This document shows, one piece after another, positions 51,345 to 62,705 of a stretch of DNA of 64,000 bases. This DNA comes from Tubulanus polymorphus. Lineage: Eukaryota > Animalia > Nemertea. Within the stretch, counting starts at the first letter, position 1. Every line of letters begins with the position of its first letter. The notes under the pieces are model-generated. The model searched no databases. It was not told the DNA's origin and was given only the letters and a program-made list of their open reading frames with translations. Where the stretch lies: assembly GCF_964204645.1 (NCBI RefSeq), contig NC_134028.1:5766001-5830000 (forward strand), in the 5' to 3' direction. The position numbers were made by a program, and so were the translations under genes.

Positions 51345-54300
51345 AGTGAAAGCGTAAACGTCATAGAAGCTGAAATTTGGAGGAGCGATTTGACAGTAGC
51401 TCCCGTACTGGCCGCGATTTGTAGAAATCATGATAATCTGGTGTTTACGCTAATAACCGAAACTGTCAATCACAATTAAATTCGAGGCGTTTTTATGACG
51501 CCACAATAAATCCAAGTTGAATAACAAACCCTTGTGAAACTAGGATGGCATTTCATTTAGAAATTCTTTAATCCTTTTCTTAGTAGCTCTATGCGGACTC
51601 GAGTACATAAAGCAGATTAAAATCAAGTGCTGTCTTTACCAATATACGTATTTTCTGATTCCGTTTCGCTAAACGGTTCTTGAATTAGAGGGTATACGTT
51701 ATAATACGAATCTTACCCAACCAAAACATGACCGACCTTATACACAACAAGACCAACGTTATTGTAATTATTGCGGAAATCTCTTTATTTCGTTCTAGTA
51801 TGTGGTCTTTTCAAAATAACCGGTCATTACAATTTGCACGATTCTTTCACCGTTCCTACGCATAAACGTTTATACCGCATGGGACTTCATTTACCGTAAC
51901 AGCTCGCCCATTAAAACCAACCACTTCCAAAAGGCGATAAAAGACCTTTCGTGCATTTTTATTCAGCTAATTTTTTCAGCTATCATGTAATGAATTTAAA
52001 GTAATATCGAGCTCGGGCGCGTTCCAACAAAGTTTCCCACCGATTCGAATCGTCCATAAATTATAGACAGCACGCGACACGTTTTGGGGATACAATATTG
52101 TAAAGTAATTAAGGGATTAATAATTAACACGCTCAGCTATTAGTTTTTCTCGTTTCACCCTCGACGAGATCTCGAGACCTGACACGCTATGCACACGTGC
52201 TAAGATCATTCTCTCTCCCCCACAGGACTAAGTCACAGCGATCAAATACATGTTTTGATTTTCTAGAAACATATTTTCGGTAAGTTTGCTCCAGCTTTGC
52301 TTTTCAATCTCGGCGCTGCTTTACAACATGCAAGCGATGGGGAATTCTAAGCAGCGATGTACCTCATCGTTGTTATATCCTGTTACAAGTTGTATTTAGA
52401 ACTACGCCAAGGTCACCGCTCGGAACTAGGGAATTAATTTGCGGGGAAAACTCTTCTTCTTGCAGCAGCCACTAAGAAAAGCTGCCTCTCACTTGTAGTT
52501 TTAGATATTGCTGTAAATCAGAGCGCTAGCGGTTATCAGTAATCTTCGCTAGTAAGATATTTTCGTAAATCGAGTCGAACAGACTGCCAGAGCGCGAACA
52601 AACAGTTCTCCTGAATTGCGTTTCAATACGATGATAACACATTTGACCGATGCAGACATCGAAAGAATTTCGACTTTTTTTACGAGTGCTAAAAGTTGAA
52701 TGCTATTTCTCGACGAAATATAATGTTTTCTGGTCTATTGGTTTTACCGGGTGGTTTGCAGTACCTTCTCAGCCGGTAGTACGTACATAACAGAATATAT
52801 ATCGCTGCACTCTAAGCGTAACTGTTCATTATAAGCTTCCAGGACTTAATCGCATATTTTTGTGTGCATTTTAGATCATTGTTTTTTTTCCAAATTTCGT
52901 TTTATACATTACGATCAAAAGACTTTTTTGATAAGTTTGAATGTGTACCGAGGATATAGTGAGCTGGTGCATGGCTGGGCAGGTAAGGTCGAACGAAAAA
53001 GGTGCCAAAACATTGGTATAAAACAATCAAAACATTGTACTCATTAACGACGTATTTTCTTAATGATATAATGATAATATAGAATTTCTGAGTTTGATAT
53101 TTCTGAATGTTGCGCGTTAGAATCTCGAAGTGCCTTCAGATATCGTAGACCAATCAATCTCTTAATGTTAAAAGGTTATACATAACAAGTACAGTTGCTT
53201 GCATGTACATGCAACGGTTATTGATATAGCATAATGATATTCATATATCGCACGACTGAGGAGCTATTTCTAACGAAAACATAATAAAACACAACCATTG
53301 TCGGTCGGTAGATATGTACTATGTACATCCCGAAAGATTTGTTTCCATAAATTCGATAGATTCATGTTCACGGGAATAATTATGTTTCAATAAAATGCAA
53401 TGAATGAAAAAATGCGCTGCGGTTTTCGTTTAAGAAAATTTGGTTTTAGCCCATATAATATTATAAGTAAATAAATCACTCATTCATATCGTCCGAAAGA
53501 AACTTTGAACTACTGTTCACTGTCTGATGCAATATCAATGTCAAGTACGTAAATCATTCGGGTATTAAATGTGTTTTATTTCGAAATTCTACTCATTGTC
53601 AACGTAAAGATTATAATTTGAAGCAAAAATATAAGTAACTTGGTAAATCATGGAGTGGTATTATACACGTATTCAATCAAATTGAAAAAGATCTTGTTTG
53701 AAAAAGGTTATCAACTCAGAGATTTTGTGGCCCGAAACAACCGCCTTAGTGTCCCATACACCACGGTACTCGTTTCAAACGAAATCGTAACGTGCCTTTA
53801 AACAACGACCGGTTGGAAACCAGCGGTATTTAATAGAAATTGCCTAAGAACTATATCCATAAGATTGATTGTTTCGTTTGTTATGAATTTTTCCTTTTTG
53901 AGGCCTCGAGATTGAATAATCTGTCTGTATGATATGAAGAATAATGTCCCAGCTTAAATGTCAGACTACGTATGTACTGTTGTAATTCACATTGATAATG
54001 TCACGGGATCATTGCAGAACCTCAAATTGTTTTTTTTTTCTGTCGCCCAAATATTGCGTAAGGTCGAGGAAATCTCATTTATATGTTATCATAAGAAACC
54101 CAACTTTCTTGAGACCTATTCATCCATAAGAAAGCATTTGTGAATGTGTTTTCTGAGGATGGTTTCTGCGTGGTTTGTATGAAATAACTTATTACATTAA
54201 CGATGCCAAGCGCGGGGACTATTGTATTTCATATACCTGCAATTCTAATTAATCTTCCAAGTCTATGGAGGTTGGGGATTTTGCCTGCATCTGCATAAAT

Positions 54301-54447
54301 GAATTGTGAATCTTTCTCTTTTTAGGTAAACCATAGATTCAGTATTTCATAACCGTGGCTGGACTGTCTTTCATTACGGGTTTCATCCCGGCTGTTGAAC
54401 GCAGAAACTTGTTTAAATTCCGCAACCGAAAAGACGATAACCTCAGT

Positions 54448-54930
54448 ATGGCTTCCGTATCTCCGTTTACGATCAGCCCACAACAGGCGAATATTCTCGT
54501 CAACGAGAACAATTTTCACGGACATGACAATCTAAGTTGTTTTCTGATGCAGATCTCCTGTCGTTCGGTTTACGGCGAGCATCCTGTTCCTCAATCGGCA
54601 ATTAAGAAACTTCCTCGTCTAATTAACGGTATTCCACTAGGCGCCGGAACACTGACCTCGGAACAAACCTCCAATATACGATGGCGCTACGTGGAAGGCT
54701 CCGGGGTTTCTGGTGTCCACACTTTCTTGTCGCATCCGCTCACGACAGATGAAGCTATTCACTCAAAGGCAGCATTTCGAGATCGTCTAATGCAAAAGTC
54801 ACAACTTGTATTCGGTGACGTCACCGTCAAAGCAAACATTGTTTTGTCAAAATGTATGTCGTACGATGCTGATTTTTTCATCAACGATATCGCGGATTCC
54901 TTCGATTCTGGGTTACATTTTAAAGATTGA
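54448..54930 (+). CDS. Uncharacterised 160-aa protein, single coding exon
   Basis: ATG at 54448 within the 54355-54930 ORF. Strong acceptor at 54325 with an in-frame stop before the ATG, which suggests a 5'UTR intron (candidate donor GTAAGT at ~52280). AATAAA signals at ~55426 and ~55456. Confidence 0.7.
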   Translation: MASVSPFTISPQQANILVNENNFHGHDNLSCFLMQISCRSVYGEHPVPQSAIKKLPRLINGIPLGAGTLTSEQTSNIRWRYVEGSGVSGVHTFLSHPLTTDEAIHSKAAFRDRLMQKSQLVFGDVTVKANIVLSKCMSYDADFFINDIADSFDSGLHFKD

Positions 54931-55565
54931 TGATAGTTTAAGATTTGTTATATATGTAGTATGTATCTGGTGAACTGTGATATTGTATTTAAGTGTTATT
55001 TGCTTGGCCCCAGTCATCATGAAGACATTGGAGTAACCTCAAAATCACTGAGTTAAACTCTTAAAAGCTTGAAATCATCGATAGGTAAAATCTTAATCTG
55101 TAAACTTCAGAATCTCTTTTTCATAAAGCGGTAGTCCAATATGTGATTGTGTACAATACTTATATTCTAGCCAATATATCAGACAAATATTCTAAAGAGT
55201 CAGTTTCATTTAGTTATGAATAATTGTTTTCTTTTTTTAATATAGATGATTGTTTTGCATGTTTTTTGTTGTTGATGGCAACTTGTTTTTGTTTTTATTA
55301 ATCACTATTATATGATTGTACATGAAGTCACGAATTGGTAGCTCTTAAACGGGTTTGTCAAATCATTGATCATCTAGTTTGATTATAAGATGATTTGTTG
55401 TTAGTTTCTCTGCGAAAGCGAGTTCAATAAATACGAATACAGACGGTTAGATATCAATAAAAAGAAATCGGATATTTTAATCTAGATTATTGTGTTGAAT
55501 CGATGCACGAATCAAAACGTAATAAACATTCAGAATTTTTCACTTTCAGGCAAGCATTCTATTGG

Positions 55566-56786
55566 TTATTCTGTTGCCTTGCGTTCGGCTTTGAGAGCGT
55601 CTTCTATTTTTTCCTCGAGTATCGATTCTTTTCCAGTGATATCTGAAATACATACGCCAGAAACTGATATCGGCTAATATAGTAAATAAGTACAACGTAT
55701 CATAATCAACGAGGGTCCCCTGAAATGGTATTTACCTGACGACGCTGACTGCTTTTTAGTATCGTCAAAACCGCTCTTTGTGGTCTCGATACCATCACCT
55801 TGAATCCGTTCACCAACAATCTCTGCTAAGAAAACAATAGAAAAGCATCTAAATACGTGTTTGTACAACATTTCATCAGGCTTAAAGCAAAATTCTTGAA
55901 AACTACTTCTACAGCATTCGCTGAAATGGGAGGATATGCCTAGTGGGGTGAGGCATGAAAATGCCTGACGCCATAACCGGTCGTGGAGGCTGATAAAGAG
56001 GAAAAATCATAGTAGAAAATACGACACTCAGAGAAATTTCATCAAGGATGACAGGTATAGATATGGTGGCTGATTTATGAAAATTCTTTCGGAATTAAGG
56101 CGACAAAGCGCCAAAATGCAAAACTATTAGAAATACCAGCTGAAATTACACCAAAACCCATTTTGGTGCGATATGAATGATCTACTTGCCTCTTTCCTTA
56201 TCGTCCTCAATTGCCTTCTTTTCGACGCTAAAAAATTAAAAAGAATATGATAAACATTCGTTAAATTGGTCCTCAAACAAAAGTTCAACTGTTCATTGCT
56301 GTATATTTACAAGACACACCTGGCTATCTGGGGTTTACGCCGAGTGGACTTAATTCTGGAACTCAAGGACCACCAATTACACGCCGCAGTTAAAATAATC
56401 AACGCCAAAATTGTATGGAATATCCAATGCATGGTATACACTCCTATAGGAAAATTGACAGAAAGAGAAAAAATGAAAACTTGTACATACATGAATGATG
56501 ATTTATCGTAAAAGTTCCACCCATTTGGGAGGTGGTTCTGGCTACCGATTGAATATTTCCAGCAGTCATATAAGTTCATGAATGATAGCCATCAATTGAC
56601 GTACCGGTAATGCACTTTCAGTATCTATACAACCTCATTACCTTCGTAGAATTTGAGTCGGTCAATTTCTATATTGAGTTTATCGATAATCTTATCATTC
56701 TGTTCACGTTGTGACGCTAGAACGGCATTGTCAGTTTTGCAAGCGCTAATTTCATCCTTGTGCTTAATATGAATATTGTGGCCCTC
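55566..56786 (-). CDS. 3' part of an uncharacterised coiled-coil plus single-TM protein gene (5 exons visible)
   Basis: Phase-consistent exons 56786-56642, 56443-56320 (hydrophobic WIFHTILALIILTAACNWWSL), 56227-56190, 55825-55736, 55642-55566 (stop). The 5' end was not located. Confidence 0.7.
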
Positions 56787-56919
56787 CTAAAATGAAGAAT
56801 AATCTTAAAAAACTATTATATAAATAACCTCGTCCGAAAAAATAATGTAAAATCCGAAAAGATACATTTTTTGATTCTGTTTTGATGATTTTTTTTCGTG
56901 AAAAATCATCTTCTTTGCG

Positions 56920-57960
56920 GCTGTTTTGAAGCGAAGGCGTCCCTCAAAAAGGTGTAAAATCAAATTTTTTGGCACTTAAACAGGGGCGTCTCTAAAAAAA
57001 GTGTAAGCTGTTTTGGCACTTAAACGAGGGGCGTCCCTCAAAAAAGTGGGAAATCACGGTTTTGGCACTAAAACGAGGACCGTCCCTCAAAAAGTGGGAA
57101 ATTACGGCTTTGGCACTAAAACGAGGAGCGTCCCTCAAAAAGTGGGAAACTACAGCTTTGGCACTAAAACGAGGGGCGTCCCTCAAAAAAGTGGGAAATC
57201 GCGGTTTTAACACTAAAACGAGGAGCGTCCCTCAAAAAGTGGGAAATTACGGTTTTGGCACTAAAACGAGGGGCGTCCCTCAAAAAAGTGGGAAATCGCG
57301 GTTTTAACACTAAAACGAGGATCGTTCCTCAAAAAGTGGGAAATTACGGCTTTGGCACTAAAACGAGGATCGTCCCTCAAAAAAGTGGGAAATCACGGTT
57401 TTGGCACTAAAACGAGGGGCGTCCCTCAAAAAAGTGGGAAATCGCGGTTTTAACACTAAAACGAGGAGCGTCCCTCAAAAAGTGGGAAATTACGGTTTTG
57501 GCACTAAAACGAGGAGCGTCCCTCAAAAAAGTGGGAAATCACGGTTTTAACACTAAAACGAGGAACGTCCCTCAAAAAGTGGGAAATTACGGCTTTGGCA
57601 CTAAAACGAGGAGCGTCCCTCAAAAAGTGGGAAACTACAGCTTTGGCACTAAAACGAGGGGCGTCCCTCAAAAAAGTGGGAAATCACGGTTTTGGCACTA
57701 AAACGAGGAGCGTCCCTCAAAAAAGTGTGAAATGACTGTTATTGCCCTAAAACGAGGGGCGTCCCTCCAAAAAGTGGGAAATCACGGTTTTGGCACTAAA
57801 ACAAGGAGCGTCCCCCAAAAAAGTGTGAAATGACTGTTATTGCACTAAAACAAGGGGCGTCCCTCCAAAAAGTGGGAAATCACTGTTATTGCACTAAAAC
57901 GAGGGCCGTCCCTCAAAAAAGTGTGAAATCGTTGTTTTGGCACTAAAACTAGGGGCACCC
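56920..57960. repeat. 48-49-bp minisatellite, about 21 units
   Basis: Consensus TTTGGCACTAAAACGAGG[AG]GCGTCCCTCAAAAA(A)GTGGGAAAT[CT]ACGG[TC]. Unit anchors at 57066, 57114, 57162, 57211, 57259 and onward. Edges degenerate. Confidence 0.95.
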
Positions 57961-59017
57961 AAGCGTGAAATCGTAATTTTGGCGGTGAATCGATAAGCTC
58001 CTCGAATAAGCGTTAATCCCAATCTTGATGGTGAAAAGAGTGCCTCTTGAAGAAATCCGTTTTGACGATAAGATGAGGAATGTCACTGCAATATGTGCGA
58101 AATCGCATATGTTCAAACATCAATGATAATTTGAGAGTATTCAACGTGTATCAAAAATGTATTTATTGACCATTAGAAATTTCTATCAATTTGATAAGCG
58201 CAAATGTTCGATTAATTTTACATAATTCTTGATATTCATAATATTTATTGATGAACACATGACTTTTAAACACGCGTTGTATCTAACAACGCTGAATATT
58301 TACAACGAAAGTGGTTATCGTAATAAGTCTTTATTTCATAAAATATGTACACACCAGGTGTAAAAAGATCATACAAAATTAACAACAAGTTCATATACAT
58401 GGAAAAGTGTCACCGTATATATAATCTGAATGCATTATGATTATGGCATAGATTAGAAAAATACTCTCACTCTCATTGGCTTTATTAACAGATACAATAG
58501 TATATAACAACTGCATAATGCTGGACAGAATAAAAGACATGTACATACGGGATCAAATTAACGTGTACAAAATATAGAAATTGACTCAACTATACATAAA
58601 ACATTGCAACTGTGCAATTTATCGTGGTTACAAAATATGTTTTCAGTTTCCTATACACGGAATTATTGAAATGTTGTGTTAATTTAATTTACTCATCCAA
58701 GTTATACAAACGGGTCTCACATTATTCAACAAAATAATTATAAGAAGGCCGTCTACTAATGACGGCGGAATGAGAGAAATGATAAATGTTATAAAACATG
58801 ATGCAGGCATTAAACATGATGATTTTTTGCGGATGATTATGGTTCGATAGAAAATAGCGGATTCACCGTGTATCCATCAAATTCGAACGCAGCTTATTAA
58901 GGGGAGAATTAAGTACGTAACTAAAATCTAGTAAGTTTCTACTTATTTTACTTGAATGGAGGTAAAACTGGTAGTTCTCTGAAGATTTACTTTATTTAGA
59001 TGAAGCTTCCACCAATA

Positions 59018-62000
59018 TCATTTTTTCCTAACAACCACGGCATTAATTTGTTGAAATTGCCGCACAGTCAATTCTATTTATAGTATATTTTCAGAAATTC
59101 TATGAAATTTCAAATCAGCCCCCATGTCGGAATATGATAACAAATGACTTGAGTTACAATGTACTAGTAAGAAAAATTCAAATTAAGAATTTAAAATACA
59201 CAAATAACTGTTCATCTGAAAAATTCTAAGACAAGATTATCAGTACACCTAATGTAAGATCTTTGGACGGTATCGCGGGATAAGTCCTCTTAAAGTCACT
59301 TTAAGACGCAACGGTTATTGTCGAAATTCGATATTCTGCAAATCGAACTTAGTACAAAGAGGAAAGCATTTTTTCACTCAAATTTCTCTGTCAAATTCGA
59401 GACAAGCAAATTCATTTGTTTTTCTATAGAAATCGCTTAAACATATTTCAAAGTTAAGTCTTCACTCAATATCTATTGAATCGACATAAAACAGGCAGCA
59501 CTCTGAGGGTTTTCTTTATCTATTGGGCAAGTAAGAGTTTTTTTCTGCTAGTCTAAAGAAGCGACCCGATGAAGCTTCTATAAACTAGTAGCGATAGATC
59601 GTATACATCAAATAAATGTAGACTACCAACAGAGTACTACCTGTTTAACGTCAATTCTTTTGGTTAATGAATTTCGGTCAATTTATTCTGGTTAAAACGG
59701 CTTGCTTCTTCTTAATTTTACCTATGAATATATGTAGACTTTATATCATTCTAATCATTTCAAAATATCGTATAGCACTTAATTGAACGAATAATGATTA
59801 TCATTGAGCGCTAAGTAAACTAAACCCATTTTCCTGGCAATCACGGAACTTATTTGTTGAAATTTTCGCACAGGCAATTCTAATTATAGTATGTTTTCAG
59901 TGATCCTATGAAATGTCAAATCAGCCCCATTGTCGGAATATGATAACGAATGACTGAGTTACAATGTACTAGTAAGAAATATTCAGATTAGGAATTAAAT
60001 ACACAAATAACTGTTCATCTGAAAAATCAAAGACAAGATTATCAGTACACCTAATGTAAGACTCTGGCGCCCAATAAACTTCCTATCAGCGAAACAGAAA
60101 CCTGAATGTCACCGTGGACCAGAATTTCTTATCACACCAGTTAGAATACTAGACTATGAAACTTACACCGGCCGAGGCAAGGATTTAATCCCAGGACCCC
60201 GGAGACGTCAAATCTTTGGACAATATCGCGAGATAGGTCCTCTTAAAGTCGGATATTGAGACGCAACGGTTATTGTCGAAATTCGATAATCTGCAAATCG
60301 AACTTAGTACAAAGTGGAAAACATTTTTTCACTAAAATTCGAGACAAGCAAATTGATTTGTTTTTCTATAGAAATCGCTTAAACCTATTTCAAAATTAAG
60401 TCTTAACTCAATATCTATTGAATTGACATAAAACAGGCAGCACTCTGAGGGTTTTCTTTATCTATTGGGCAAGTAAGAGTTTTTTTCTGCTAGTCTAAAG
60501 AAGCGACCCGATGAAGCTTCTATAAACTAGTAGCGATAGATCGTATATATCAAATAAATGTAGACTACCAACAGAGTACTACCTGTTTAACGTCAATTCT
60601 TTTGGTTAATGAATTTCGGTCAATTTATTCTGGTTAAAACGGCTTGCTTCTTCTTAATTTTACCTATAAATATATGTAGACTTTATATCATTCTAATCAT
60701 TTCAAAATATCGTATAGCACTTAATTGAACGAATAATGATTATCATTGAGCGCTAAGTAAACTAAACCCATTTTCCTGGCAATCACGGAACTTATTTGTT
60801 GAAATTTTCGCACAGGCAATTCTAATTATAGTATGTTTTCAGTGATCCTATGAAATGTCAAATCAGCCCCATTGTCGGAATATGATAACGAATGACTGAG
60901 TTACAATGTACTAGTAAGAAATATTCAGATTAGGAATTAAATACACAAATAACTGTTCATCTGAAAAATCAAAGACAAGATTATCAGTACACCTAATGTA
61001 AGACTCTGGCGCCCAATAAACTTCCTATCAGCGAAACAGAAACCTGAATGTCACCGTGGACCAGAATTTCTTATCACACCAGTTAGAATACTAGACTATG
61101 AAACTTACACCGGCCGAGGCAAGGATTTAATCCCAGGACCCCGGAGACGTCAAATCTTTGGACAATATCGCGAGATAGGTCCTCTTAAAGTCGGATATTG
61201 AGACGCAACGGTTATTGTCGAAATTCGATAATCTGCAAATCGAACTTAGTACAAAGTGGAAAACATTTTTTCACTAAAATTCGAGACAAGCAAATTGATT
61301 TGTTTTTCTATAGAAATCGCTTAAACCTATTTCAAAATTAAGTCTTAACTCAATATCTATTGAATTGACATAAAACAGGCAGCACTCTGAGGGTTTTCTT
61401 TATCTATTGGGCAAGTAAGAGTTTTTTTCTGCTAGTCTAAAGAAGCGACCCGATGAAGCTTCTATAAACTAGTAGCGATAGATCGTATATATCAAATAAA
61501 TGTAGACTACCTACAGAGTACTACCTGTTTAACGTCAATTCTTTTGGTTAATGAATTTCGGTCAATTTATTTTGGTTAAAACGGCTTGCTTCTTCTTAAT
61601 TTTACCTATAAATATATGTAGACTTTATATCATTCTAATCATTTAAAAATATCGTATAGCACTTAATTGAACGAATAATGTTTATTATTAAGCGCTAAGT
61701 AAACTAAACCCATTTTCCTGGCAATCACGGAACTTATTTGTTGAAATTTTCGCACAGACAATTCTAATTATAGTATGTTTTCAGTGATTCTATGAAATGT
61801 CAAATCAGCCCCATTGTCGGAATATGATAACGAATGACTGAGTTACAATGTACTAGTAAGAAATATTCAGATTAGGAATTAAATACACAAATAACTGTTC
61901 ATCTGAAAAATCAAAGACAAGATTATCAGTACACCTAATGTAAGACTCTGGCGCCCAATAAACTTCCTATCAGCGAAACAGAAACCTGAATGTCACCGTG

Positions 62001-62705
62001 GACCAGAATTTCTTATCACACCAGTTAGAATACTAGACTATGAAACTTACACCGGCCGAGGCAAGGATTTAATCCCAGGACCCCGGAGACGTCAAATCTT
62101 TGGACAATATCGCGAGATAGGTCCTCTTAAAGTCGGATATTAAGATGCAACAGTTAATGTCGAAATTCGATAATCTGCAAATCGAACTTAGTACAAAGTG
62201 GAAAACATTTTTTCACTCAAATTTATCTGTCAAATTCGAGACAAGCAAATTGATTTGTTTTTCTATAGAAATCGCTTTAACATATTTCAAAATTAAGTCT
62301 TAACTCAATATCTATTGAATTGACAGGCAGCACTTTGAGGGTTTTCTTTATCTATTTGGCAAGTACGATTTTTTTCTGCTAGTCTAAAGAAGCGACCCGA
62401 TGAAGCTTCTATAAACTAGTAGCGATAGATCGTATATATCAAATAAATGTAGACTACCTACAGAGTACTACCTGTTTAACGTCAATTCTTTTGGTTAATG
62501 AATTTCGGTCAATTTATTCTGTTTAAAACGGCTTGCTTCTTCTTAATTTTACCTATAAATTTACCCATTCTAATCATTTCAAAATATCGTATAGCACTTA
62601 ATTGAACGAATAATGTTTATTATTAAGCGCCAAGTAATCTAAACCCATTTTCCTGGCAATCACGGAACTTATTTGTTGAATTTTCAGTGATTCTATGAAA
62701 TGTCA
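59018..62705. repeat. ~942-bp tandem repeat array, about 4 units
   Basis: The anchor GCGACCCGATGAAGCTT recurs at 59561, 60503, 61445 and 62392 (spacing 942, 942, 947). The first unit is more diverged and lacks a 151-bp segment. Confidence 0.95.

Noticed and set aside
56920-57960. CRISPR array or repetitive coding ORFs
   Set aside because: The units are contiguous with no unique spacers, the context is eukaryotic, there are no cas genes, and 48/49-bp length variation breaks the frames.
58860-58920. Possible minus-strand terminal exon with 3'UTR to ~58160
   Set aside because: Only a short open frame after a modest acceptor, with no upstream exon or homology to support it.
59095-59166. Exon-like segment (TTTTCAG ... 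GTAAGA) open in array unit 1
   Set aside because: Interrupted by stops in units 2-4, with no partner exons or homology.
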